In this document: positions 1 through 8,994 of the stretch, in pieces
Numbering within the stretch: position 1 is the stretch's first letter
Layout of the letters: each line of letters opens with the position of its first letter
Assembly (NCBI GenBank): GCA_044356455.1
Contig: JBIKWF010000072.1
Location: 1 to 21,178 of the forward strand
Direction: 5' to 3'
From: Bdellovibrionota bacterium
GTDB taxonomy: Bacteria > Bdellovibrionota_C > UBA2361 > JBGSMV01
DNA length: 21,178 nt
Made by a program: the position numbers and the translations under genes
The notes under the pieces: generated by a model
The model's input: the letters and a program-made list of their open reading frames with translations, nothing else
What the model was told of the DNA's origin: nothing
Database searches by the model: none

Positions 1-166
1 ACCAAATCAACAGCTATTCGATTGGTCTATGCCTAAGGTTAGCGGAATCGATTCAAGGGGACGCGAAGTTGGGGCGTACCAATAGGTTCTCGGCCCCAGG
101 GCTTTCGTTACTTCGGGCGAGGTTTAGTTAACCAATCGTGACGGATCGCACGCAAAGCCAGCGTGC

Positions 167-202
167 CGTATCTCACAGGTCCAGGAGGACCCGTGAGATA
201 CG
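167..202. repeat. 16-bp-stem hairpin just downstream of gnd
   Basis: CGTATCTCACAGGTCC-AGGA-GGACCCGTGAGATACG. The single mismatch becomes a G-U pair on the minus (gnd) strand. There is no U-tract, so it is not called a terminator. Confidence 0.75.
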
Positions 203-233
203 CTCTATGCAGCAAGCCAACCCGCGCGGAAGG

Positions 234-1655
234 CTACTTGGCTTCCCACTGCGCATGGAAGCTACCCGGGCGATCCTTGCGCTCAAAGGTATGAGCACCA
301 AAGAAATCGCGCTGTCCTTGAGTAAGGTTCTGCGGTAGGTCGGCACTTCGATAGCTATCGAAATAGCTGAGCGAAGCTGAAAACGCCGGCACCGGCACGC
401 CGCGCTCAGCGGCGAGCTGAACCACACGTCGAAGAGCAGGAATACTTCCTTCGACTTCCTTCTTAATCCCAGGATCGAGCATCAAGTTCGAAAGCTCAGC
501 GTTTGCTTTGTAAGCCTTCCTAATTTCATCAAGGAACCGGGCCCGAATAATGCAACCGCCCTTCCAAATCGCCGCAATTTCACCAAGCTGCAGGTCCCAC
601 TTGTACTGACGCGAAGCCGTACCAAGAAGCGCCATTCCCTGAGCGTAGGAAATGATCTTTGACGCATAGAGCGCGCCGTGAGCGAGCTTGATAAACTCCT
701 CTTTGCTTCCCTGATACGAAGGAACCGTGGGAGCTGAATAAACCTTAGAAGCTCCTACGCGCTCATTCTTCATCGAGCTAAGCACCCGCGCATCAACCGC
801 GGCAGTAAGGGTTGGGATAGAAACGCCTAGGTCGAGCGCTTCCATGGCAGTCCACTTTCCTGTTCCCTTTTGTCCAGCTTTGTCGAGAATTGCATCAACA
901 AGATAACCAGATCCTTGATCGTCCTTACGTCTTAGGACTTTGCCGGTAATCTCGATCAGGAAGGAGGACAGCACGCCTCTATTCCATTCCTCGAAAATAC
1001 CCGCCATCTCGTCTGGCTGCAGCTTAAGAACATCTCGGAGCAGGTGATATGCTTCCGCAATGAGCTGCATATCGCCGTATTCGATACCGTTGTGAACCGT
1101 CTTAACAAAGTGCCCTGCCCCATCGGGGCCGATATAGGTGGTGCAAGGACCATCAACATTGGCAGCGATCTTCTCGAGCATCGGAGCAACAAGCTTCCAC
1201 GCGTCGCGAGGTCCGCCTGGCATGAGACTCGGGCCCTTGAGCGCACCTTCCTCACCACCGGAAACGCCGAGACCTAGAAAATGCATGCCCGCTTCACGTG
1301 CTCGAATGTCGCGGCGCTGAGAGTCCTTAAAGTAGGAATTTCCGCCGTCAATGATCACGTCACCCTTCGAAAGGAGCGGGATGAGCTGATTCATCACCTC
1401 ATCGACTGCGGGGCCTGCTTGAATGAGCAGAATTATCTGCCGCGGCGCGGCCATGGACTGCACGAACTCAGGCAGGGTTTTTGAAGCCACGAACTTCCCC
1501 GGCCCAAAGTCCTTCATGAACTTATCGGTGACCTCTGTCTTGCGGTTAAAAACTGCAATCGGATATCCGCGGCTTTCGATATTGCGCGCAAGGTTAGAAC
1601 CCATTACGGCAAGACCAATTAAACCGACTGATGGCTTAGCGGATGAATTACTCAT
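234..1655 (-). CDS. gnd: NADP-dependent 6-phosphogluconate dehydrogenase (decarboxylating)
   Basis: 473 aa. Motifs GLAVMG (Rossmann), GVSGGEEGA, HFVKTVHNGIEYGDMQ, QKGTGKWT and QRDFFGAHT. Confidence 0.98.
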   Translation of the reverse strand: MSNSSAKPSVGLIGLAVMGSNLARNIESRGYPIAVFNRKTEVTDKFMKDFGPGKFVASKTLPEFVQSMAAPRQIILLIQAGPAVDEVMNQLIPLLSKGDVIIDGGNSYFKDSQRRDIRAREAGMHFLGLGVSGGEEGALKGPSLMPGGPRDAWKLVAPMLEKIAANVDGPCTTYIGPDGAGHFVKTVHNGIEYGDMQLIAEAYHLLRDVLKLQPDEMAGIFEEWNRGVLSSFLIEITGKVLRRKDDQGSGYLVDAILDKAGQKGTGKWTAMEALDLGVSIPTLTAAVDARVLSSMKNERVGASKVYSAPTVPSYQGSKEEFIKLAHGALYASKIISYAQGMALLGTASRQYKWDLQLGEIAAIWKGGCIIRARFLDEIRKAYKANAELSNLMLDPGIKKEVEGSIPALRRVVQLAAERGVPVPAFSASLSYFDSYRSADLPQNLTQGQRDFFGAHTFERKDRPGSFHAQWEAK

Positions 1656-1876
1656 AGGCGTCTCTCTTCTCCAAAAAATTGGCTACAGTCCCCACCACAT
1701 GCTGCGCATGACATGGAGGAACTCCTCCTTTCCAAGCGGAGCTCCCGCATGCGGCACCATTCCTACAGCGGCGCTATTCTCACCGGTGCACCGGCATTCC
1801 TATTGAACGGCACTCTTATTGAGAAGTGCGTTCTTGCTCTTGCAGCGTGAAGACAGGGCTCCGTAAAGTACGGTGC

Positions 1877-3310
1877 ATGGAGCATAGCCGCCTTTCCCCC
1901 AGCCTTTCAACGGTCTTGTTTGGGCCATTTTGCCCCCCTTTGGAGAGTACTCTTGCCGCCCCCCACCGCTGCGCGCCCCTTATAAAACGCTTGTTATGCT
2001 TCCTTTCCCTGCTCCTTGCTTGTGGCTGCCCAACTTTTAGCGTTGCTGAGGATCTCGCGAATGTACCCTCTGTTTCCGTACTTCTCTCCTCAAAAACGGC
2101 GGATTCTTGCGCCACGGGGCTTAGATTTGCCAAGGGTAGAATTCTTACGAGCCTGCATGTAGTCCGAAGCCTTTGCCAAGAGTCTGACTGCGCCCAGGTG
2201 CGGGTCTCAGCCGCGCGCGGCCTTGGCGCCAGCGCGGCAGAGGCTGCGCCCTCTCCCAAAGTGACCCTCACCAAAGTCTACCCCGCCCGGGATCTCGCTC
2301 TCCTCGCCTTCGACGATCCTTGGGCGCCGCCCCCGGCGCTTGACGCCATCGCCGCAAAAGAGGGCGCCCCTGTTATTGCCACAGGTTTTCCACGCTGCGG
2401 CCCGCTGCAAGTTTCTCGTGGAAAAATCCAGAAGCCGGGATCACTTACCTTTGAAAGTAGCGCTCTCTCGGATTTTGGTGGGAGCGGGAGCCCGCTTTTT
2501 CTGGCATCAGAAAAAGGAGACATGCTCCAGGTCGTAGGCATCGTGAGCCAAGCAACTCTTAGCGCGCCCTCACTCCTCAGAATCATTTCAGGGCAAAGCT
2601 TCTCTCCCTCAGCAGCCGAGATAGGTTCCGCGTGGAAAGGGCTTCAGGGAGAAGATCTTGAGATAGTTAATTCCTCTTCCGCAGAGGAATCCTTGGAATA
2701 TGACGCGCTGCTACGCCACTATGAAGAAAGGACAATCGGAGCGTCTGGAGTAGCTCGTTTCTTGGCCGCCTTAGATTTTTCGAGTCGGGTAGAAGCCCTC
2801 AAACACTGGGCTCTTGTTACTCAAGCAACCGCCTCTCAAATAAACGCTTTAGATAAGGCCCACGCCTCTGAAGCGCTCGCGTGGAGTTATCTTGGCGAGC
2901 AGCCCGACCTCACCATCCCCCCGAGTGAAATCTCGCCTAAGCTTCTTGAGCTCATATATCTCTACAACCTGGAACAACATGGAACGCGCAAAGGAGCCCT
3001 TCTGCCTCTAAGCCAAGCCGAACTTGAGGCCCTCGCCCAGAAAGGGGGCACGCCTTGGCAGAGCGCCCATTCCCGATTTGCGAAATCGCCCTCTCCTGGG
3101 CTCACGCTTCTCGCCCTCGCTGAAGCGGGCTGGATTCTTTTGCTTCTCGCTCTCATTCTTATGTGCTGGGGAGTTTCGGTAGGGCTTATTGCCGGGGTAA
3201 CCAAAGGCGGCTTTGGCAAAAAGGTCTTCACGGGACTCTGGGTCGGAATTCTGGGGTGGCCGCTCTCACTGCTGGCGTGGTGGATATTCAGGATGCGCGC
3301 TCCTCGATAG
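1877..3310 (+). CDS. Trypsin-like (S1-type) serine protease domain protein with C-terminal transmembrane helices; start uncertain
   Basis: Candidate triad in order: LTSLHVV (His), RDLALL (Asp), GGSGSPL (Ser), with GFP between. Hydrophobic signal-like segment KRLLCFLSLLLACG. Hydrophobic C-terminal segments. The ORF is open from 1826; the first ATG (1877) is used here. Confidence 0.65.
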   Translation: MEHSRLSPSLSTVLFGPFCPPLESTLAAPHRCAPLIKRLLCFLSLLLACGCPTFSVAEDLANVPSVSVLLSSKTADSCATGLRFAKGRILTSLHVVRSLCQESDCAQVRVSAARGLGASAAEAAPSPKVTLTKVYPARDLALLAFDDPWAPPPALDAIAAKEGAPVIATGFPRCGPLQVSRGKIQKPGSLTFESSALSDFGGSGSPLFLASEKGDMLQVVGIVSQATLSAPSLLRIISGQSFSPSAAEIGSAWKGLQGEDLEIVNSSSAEESLEYDALLRHYEERTIGASGVARFLAALDFSSRVEALKHWALVTQATASQINALDKAHASEALAWSYLGEQPDLTIPPSEISPKLLELIYLYNLEQHGTRKGALLPLSQAELEALAQKGGTPWQSAHSRFAKSPSPGLTLLALAEAGWILLLLALILMCWGVSVGLIAGVTKGGFGKKVFTGLWVGILGWPLSLLAWWIFRMRAPR

Positions 3311-3368
3311 AAGCCCCCCCCGATAGGAGCACCGCGCGAGATTCACCAGCAGCAAAAATTTGGGGTAG

Positions 3369-4118
3369 CTATTTCTTTGGAAACGGCTTCGAGACCACCT
3401 TCGTCGATCCGCGCCCGACCTGAATTACCTTTCTATCGCGGAACTCTACGCAGCTTAACTTGTTGCCATACACACAGCCCGTGTCAATTCCCACCTTATA
3501 GGGGAAATTAAACATCACATCCTCATAAGGCGTGTGTCCAAATACGATCGGGCGGTCGAAGAAATGTTTATTCTGAATAAACTCGTCGCGAATCCAAAAC
3601 AGATCGCTTTCCACTTGATGCCGCATGTCTCGAAGCGGATTTAACCCCGCATGCGCACAGGTGCAGTCAGGAGCAATCACATAGTTCTCGAGTTTGAGAA
3701 AGAAATCGAGGTGCGTCTGGGGAATCGCTTTAATCACATCCTCGCCAGCCGGGTTGGTGAGAAGGCGCGGGTTCAGTCCATAACTTTCAAGGCACTCTGC
3801 TCCGCCGTTTAGCAAATAAGCGCCGCCGTCTCGTCCGCCCTTTCCAAGATAGGAGAGCAGCATGTCCTCGTGATTGCCACGCAAGAAAATGGCAAGCGGG
3901 TACTGCGCCTTGAATTTCAGCAGGAGCTCAACAACGCCTTTGGAATCAGGACCTCTATCAATATAGTCGCCGATAAAAACGACAATGTCCCGCGTCGCGA
4001 GTTTCTCCGAGAGCGCAAGAAACTGAAGCAGCACCTCGAGCTCGGGCAAACAACCATGAATATCACCTACCGCATAGAATCGGTCGCGGTGCTCAGGTAT
4101 TTCTCGAAACTGGACCAT
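3369..4118 (-). CDS. Metallophosphoesterase, PPP-family Ser/Thr protein phosphatase (PrpA/PphA-like)
   Basis: Motifs GDIHG, GDYIDRG, RGNHE, HAG, FGHTP and IDTG. The ATG directly follows the lepA TAA. Confidence 0.92.
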   Translation of the reverse strand: MVQFREIPEHRDRFYAVGDIHGCLPELEVLLQFLALSEKLATRDIVVFIGDYIDRGPDSKGVVELLLKFKAQYPLAIFLRGNHEDMLLSYLGKGGRDGGAYLLNGGAECLESYGLNPRLLTNPAGEDVIKAIPQTHLDFFLKLENYVIAPDCTCAHAGLNPLRDMRHQVESDLFWIRDEFIQNKHFFDRPIVFGHTPYEDVMFNFPYKVGIDTGCVYGNKLSCVEFRDRKVIQVGRGSTKVVSKPFPKK

Positions 4119-5978
4119 TTAGTTATCTAACTTCAAAACTGCAAGGAAGGCATCCTGGGAAATCTGCACACTTCCCACCTGTTTCATGCGCTTTTTACCT
4201 TCCTTTTGCTTTTCAAGAAGCTTGCGCTTACGAGTAATATCGCCGCCGTAGCACTTTGCCGTTACATTCTTACGCAGGGCCTTCACGGTAGAACGCGCGA
4301 CAATTTTTCCACCTATCGCGGCCTGAATGGCTATTTCAAACATCTGTCTGTCGAGAAGTTCTTTCAACTTGTCGGTCAACTCCTTGCCCTTATGGAAGGC
4401 CTTGTCGCGGTGCACCATGATGCTGAGCGCATCAACATTTTCCCCGTTCAGTTTGAGGTCAAGCTTCACGACATCAGAAACTTTGTAGCCCTTAAGTTCA
4501 TAGTCGAAAGAGGCATACCCACGCGTGAGGCTTTTCATCTTGTCTTGGAAATCGAGCACGATCTCATTAAGCGGGAGCTCATAGACAACCACGGCACGCC
4601 CCTGCCCTCCAAGCTCGTCCCCTGCTCCTGCCGCGTCCTTGGCCCCGATCTGACCACCATAGTTGTGGATAGTAAGGCTCTGCTGAACTCCGCGGCGCTC
4701 TTCGCAAAGCTTAAGAACGTTGCCGACAAAGGTTTGTGGGCAGTGAATAGTAACCTGCACCACAGGCTCCTCGATGTGCTGAATCTTAGAGACGTCGGGG
4801 AGCTTGGTGGGGTTATCAACGATGACCAAAACGCCGTCAGTCATAACAACCCGATACACTACGGAAGGCGCAGTGGTGATGAGGTTGAGATTAAACTCTC
4901 TCTCAAGGCGCTCCTGGATAATCTCCATGTGCAGGAGCCCAAGGTACCCGCACCGAAATCCAAACCCAAGGGCCGCCGAAGTCTCCGCTTCATAAGTGAA
5001 ACTTGAATCATTGAGACTTAACTTCTCCAAGGCGGTGCGAAGCGACGCAAAGTCGTTCGAGTCAACGGGGAAAAGGCCACCAAACACCATGGGCCTTACT
5101 TCTTTAAACCCCGGCAGGGCCTCTGAGGTCTCATCTCCCGCAAATACGACCGTGTCACCGATCTTTACGTCATGAATGTTCTTAATTACTGCGGAGAAGT
5201 AACCAACCTCCCCACTTCTAAGCTCGGGAACTTGCCTGCTGTGAGGATCGAACACGCCTGTCTTATAAACTTCGTATTCTCCACGAGTGCGGTGAAAGGT
5301 GATGCGGTCTCCCGCCTTTATGGTGCCGTCAATGACACGAATCTGAACGACCACTCCTAAGTAAGGATCGAACCAAGAATCGTAGACCAAGGCGCGCAAG
5401 GGCCCCGACTCCGTTCCACGCGTGGGCGGCGGAACGCGCTCGACAAGAGCTTCTATCAGTTCGGCAACTCCCATGCCGGTCTTTGCGCTAATGCGCAGCG
5501 CATTACTTGCATCGATGCCAATAATCTCTTCGATTTCACGCCGTACACGCTCAGGATCTGCGTTGGGCAAATCCACCTTGTTAAGCACGGGAACTACTTC
5601 AAGGTGGTTATCAATCGCCATGTAAACATTGGCGAGCGTTTGCGCCTCGACGCCCTGACTTGCATCAACCACTAAGAGCGCGCCTTCGCAGGCCGATAAA
5701 CTCCGCGAGACTTCGTAAGAGAAATCAACATGCCCGGGAGTATCGATAAGATTAAGCTGATAGGTTTTCCCGTCCTTCGCTTTGTAATCGAGGCGCACGG
5801 TTTGGGCTTTAATGGTAATTCCCCGTTCACGCTCCAAGTCCATCTTGTCGAGGAACTGTGCTTGCATTTCCCGTTTTTCAAGCGCCCCTGTTTTCTCAAG
5901 AATGCGATCGGCAAGCGTCGACTTGCCATGATCGATGTGGGCAATAATTGAAAAATTTCGAATTAACTCGCGAGACAT
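4119..5978 (-). CDS. lepA: Elongation factor 4 (LepA)
   Basis: [41 protein letters not shown] and the C-terminal [25 protein letters not shown]. Confidence 0.99.
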   Translation of the reverse strand: MSRELIRNFSIIAHIDHGKSTLADRILEKTGALEKREMQAQFLDKMDLERERGITIKAQTVRLDYKAKDGKTYQLNLIDTPGHVDFSYEVSRSLSACEGALLVVDASQGVEAQTLANVYMAIDNHLEVVPVLNKVDLPNADPERVRREIEEIIGIDASNALRISAKTGMGVAELIEALVERVPPPTRGTESGPLRALVYDSWFDPYLGVVVQIRVIDGTIKAGDRITFHRTRGEYEVYKTGVFDPHSRQVPELRSGEVGYFSAVIKNIHDVKIGDTVVFAGDETSEALPGFKEVRPMVFGGLFPVDSNDFASLRTALEKLSLNDSSFTYEAETSAALGFGFRCGYLGLLHMEIIQERLEREFNLNLITTAPSVVYRVVMTDGVLVIVDNPTKLPDVSKIQHIEEPVVQVTIHCPQTFVGNVLKLCEERRGVQQSLTIHNYGGQIGAKDAAGAGDELGGQGRAVVVYELPLNEIVLDFQDKMKSLTRGYASFDYELKGYKVSDVVKLDLKLNGENVDALSIMVHRDKAFHKGKELTDKLKELLDRQMFEIAIQAAIGGKIVARSTVKALRKNVTAKCYGGDITRKRKLLEKQKEGKKRMKQVGSVQISQDAFLAVLKLDN

Positions 5979-6013
5979 GCATCCTTTACGTTCGAACTAC
6001 TTCTTTATGTGGC

Positions 6014-6034
6014 CTCCTCGCGCGCCGCGAGGAG
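6014..6034. other. GC-rich intercistronic hairpin between the UDP-GlcA decarboxylase gene and lepA
   Basis: CTCCTCGCG-CGC-CGCGAGGAG, a perfect 9-bp stem a few nt after the stop codon. No U-tract follows on the minus strand. Confidence 0.55.
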
Positions 6035-6039
6035 AAGGC

Positions 6040-6975
6040 TCACCCTTTAAGCCGAGCTCTAAAATCATCAATGGCACGCGCCAAACCAGAATCCACGCTC
6101 ACCTGAGGACGCCACCCCAGCTCTCTTTCCGCCAGGGAGATATCAGGCTTGCGTCTCGTGGGGTCGTCCTTTGGCAAGGGACGACGAACTACCTTGGACT
6201 TAGAATCCGTCATGCTGATGATTTTTTCTGCAAGTTGCAGAATGGTCATCTCATGAGGATTCCCAAGATTAACCGGCCCGCCAAATCCGGGCTTGTTCAT
6301 AGTCTTAATAATACCGTCAACAAGATCGGACACGAAACAGAAGGAGCGCGTCTGGGATCCATCCCCATACACCGTGATGTCCTCACCCTTAAGCGCCTGG
6401 ACGATAAAGTTAGAAACTACTCTACCATCGTCGAAGAGCATGCGTGGACCGTAGGTATTAAAAATGCGGACCATCCGCGCGTCGACGCCGTTCTGTTCGC
6501 GGTAACAATAGGTAAGAGTTTCCGCGATGCGCTTGCCTTCATCATAGCAGCTACGTGGCCCTATGGGATTTACATTGCCCCAATATGACTCTCTCTGCGG
6601 ATGCTCTAGAGGGTCCCCGTAAACCTCGGACGTCGAGGCGAGAAGGAATTTCGCGCCAACGCGCTTTGCGAGGCCAAGCATATTAATCGTGCCCGTCACG
6701 TTAGTCTTCACCGTCTTAACCGGATTTGACTGATAGTGAACAGGCGATGCGGGACACGCAAAGTGATAGATCTCGTCGACCTCAAGAAGCACGGGCTCAA
6801 TTACATCATGCCGAAGGAACTCAAACTTTGGATTGGAAAGAATCTTATCAAGGTTTTGTTTTCTTCCCGTGAAAAGATTATCGAGCGCAATGACTTCGTG
6901 GCGCTGCTCGAGAAGCACCTCGCACAGGTGGGAGCCTATGAACCCAGCGCCACCAGTAACCAAAATTCGAGCCAT
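6040..6975 (-). CDS. uxs: UDP-glucuronate decarboxylase (UDP-xylose synthase) family SDR
   Basis: [35 protein letters not shown] and RIFNTYGP. Start set at ATG 6975 because it is preceded by the SD-like GAGGGAG. Confidence 0.9.
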   Translation of the reverse strand: MARILVTGGAGFIGSHLCEVLLEQRHEVIALDNLFTGRKQNLDKILSNPKFEFLRHDVIEPVLLEVDEIYHFACPASPVHYQSNPVKTVKTNVTGTINMLGLAKRVGAKFLLASTSEVYGDPLEHPQRESYWGNVNPIGPRSCYDEGKRIAETLTYCYREQNGVDARMVRIFNTYGPRMLFDDGRVVSNFIVQALKGEDITVYGDGSQTRSFCFVSDLVDGIIKTMNKPGFGGPVNLGNPHEMTILQLAEKIISMTDSKSKVVRRPLPKDDPTRRKPDISLAERELGWRPQVSVDSGLARAIDDFRARLKG

Positions 6976-7089
6976 TACTCCCTCACTATCACTCGTTCCT
7001 ATCGACACCGCTCAGTTGCGCGTGCCGCCACCTTGGTCGCATCTTCCAATGACACGATCCTTCCTTGTCCGAAGTCCCCCCATCATTCG

Positions 7090-8415
7090 CTACTGGGGCA
7101 ATACCGGTTTACGGCCTATGCAATGATAGGTGAAACCTTCCGCCGCAAGCACGCTGCGATCGAGAATATTTCTTCCATCAAAAATCAGGGGCTGCTTAAG
7201 CAGCTCCTTCATCTTCTTAAAATTGGGACGACGGAACTCGTTCCATTCGGTGCAGATAATCAAAGCATCAGAGCCCTTAAGCGCGTCGTAGCTATTTGAC
7301 TCATAAGAGACATTCGGATGTTTCCCAAGCAGATGCTCGAAAGTTTTCATAGCCTCAGGGTCAAACAGCCGGAGGCTCGCACCGGCATCGAGAAGCTCCT
7401 TACAAAGAACCTGAGCTGGCGCCTCACGGACATCGTCGGTCTTTGGCTTAAAGGCGAGTCCCCAGATGGCGAACTGCCGGCCCTTCACCCCACTCGCGCC
7501 GAAGTGGCTAAGAATCTTTTTCCCAAGCACCTTCTTCTGAGCCTTGTTCACTTCCTCAACAGAACGAGAAAGTTTCAGGTCAAGCCCAAAGTCCTGTCCC
7601 GTTCGAATGAGGGCCTGGACATCTTTGGGGAAGCACGATCCACCGTAGCCGATACCTGGGAAAAGAAAGCTCATTCCAATACGCGAGTCCGTACCAATGC
7701 CCACACGCACAGAATCGACGTCCGCCCCCGCGCGCTCGCAAAGATTCGAGATCTCATTCATAAACGACACGCGAGCTGCAAGCATCGCATTCGCCGCATA
7801 CTTGGTCATCTCGGCCGAGGGCACATCCATTACGAGAATAGGATTGTTGGTACGCACAAATGGCGCATATAAATCACGCATTACTTTGGCTGCGCGCTCG
7901 GACTCTACACCGACCACTACACGATCCGGCTTCATGAAATCATCAATCGCCGCACCTTCTTTTAGAAATTCAGGGTTGCTCACCACTTCGAAAGGATGCT
8001 TCGTCATTTCGGATACTGCTGCGCGCACACGCTGAGCCGTTCCCACGGGAACGGTCGACTTGTCTACGATGACCTTAAAGCCATTCATGTGCTGACCGAT
8101 ACTCTTGGCTACATCGAGTACGTGCCTTAAATCGGCCGAACCATCTTCATCCTGCGGGGTCCCCACGGCGATGAAGATTACTTCGCCCTTCTCAACGCCC
8201 TCTTTCATCGAAGTCGTAAAGGTAAGGCGTCCTTCTTTGGCATTACGAAGCACAATGTCAGAGAGGCCTGGTTCGTAAATCGGAATCTCACCTTTTTTTA
8301 GCTTCTCAACTTTTTCTGAGTTGCTATCAACACACACCACATCATTCCCGGTATCGGCGAAACAAGCGCCAGCAACGAGACCTACGTATCCAGATCCTAC
8401 TATGGTGATATTCAT
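7090..8415 (-). CDS. ugd: UDP-glucose 6-dehydrogenase
   Basis: GSGYVG, KSTVPVGT, NPEFLKEG, catalytic GYGGSCFPKD, GLAFKPKTDDVRE and DGRN. Confidence 0.96.
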   Translation of the reverse strand: MNITIVGSGYVGLVAGACFADTGNDVVCVDSNSEKVEKLKKGEIPIYEPGLSDIVLRNAKEGRLTFTTSMKEGVEKGEVIFIAVGTPQDEDGSADLRHVLDVAKSIGQHMNGFKVIVDKSTVPVGTAQRVRAAVSEMTKHPFEVVSNPEFLKEGAAIDDFMKPDRVVVGVESERAAKVMRDLYAPFVRTNNPILVMDVPSAEMTKYAANAMLAARVSFMNEISNLCERAGADVDSVRVGIGTDSRIGMSFLFPGIGYGGSCFPKDVQALIRTGQDFGLDLKLSRSVEEVNKAQKKVLGKKILSHFGASGVKGRQFAIWGLAFKPKTDDVREAPAQVLCKELLDAGASLRLFDPEAMKTFEHLLGKHPNVSYESNSYDALKGSDALIICTEWNEFRRPNFKKMKELLKQPLIFDGRNILDRSVLAAEGFTYHCIGRKPVLPQ

Positions 8416-8831
8416 ACTCGCACCCGAACCTCAAACAGTTGCCTTCAAACAACGACCATATTCAACGGAAAAGTTCCCTCAACTGAGGTCTGCTTCCACG
8501 AAGCAAAAGATTCAGCAAAGGCAAAACATCGGCAAAGGCAAAATAATTGTATGACTTACCAAGCTCCGGCGCCTCCCATGGCACCGTCCCTTTGCGCGGA
8601 TTCTATTTGCCCCAAAGCCCTCACAAAGAGCTCGCAGATACCAAGACGCGCAGAGCCTATAAACCCAGTAATTCGTGGCAATTAGAGCTTATTTCCGGGC
8701 GAGAGTAAACCGGTGGGAGTTGCACATTTTTCTAGGGTTCCAAAGGTCGTCAACGCTAGGGAGCCTCTGAAAGAGTTCCTAGGAAACTTCTAAAAAAACC
8801 TCGAAAAGGAACTTTTTCTGTCTTGTTTTCT

Positions 8832-8973
8832 CTCCGCGTACTCAGGGCCCCCGGCTCCGCTAAAGCTGCGCTGCGGCCGCACTGAAGCCAGGCTCGGCGC
8901 AGCCGTAAGGCGCAGACGGCTCTGCGCTATTCAATAGATTTCAAATAACGCGGAGGACGCTGAGTACGCGGAG
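8832..8973. repeat. Palindrome of three 9-mers per arm, left arm interrupted by an insertion
   Basis: Left units CTCCGCGTA (8832), CTCAGGGCC (8841), CTCTGCGCT (8920). AT-rich 18-nt spacer. Right units AACGCGGAG, GACGCTGAG, TACGCGGAG (8947-8973). The units match the opposite arm at 9/9, 7/9 and 7/9. Confidence 0.7.
8851..8919. repeat. 69-nt REP-like hairpin element
   Basis: Ends CCGGCTCCGC / GCGCAGACGG are 8/10 complementary. Inner GCTGCGC (8865-8871) / GCGCAGC (8897-8903) pair perfectly. Confidence 0.55.
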
Positions 8974-8994
8974 GGGGAGTTTTTCTGAGGCTCC

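Noticed and set aside
1..131. Possible 3' end of a plus-strand gene entering the window
   Set aside because: Two frames are open and both are too short to identify, so no CDS was called.
8579..8595. TGGCAC...TTGC, resembling a sigma-54 promoter
   Set aside because: The GG-to-GC spacing is 2 nt too long (7 rather than 5 nt between the boxes), and it points away from ugd.
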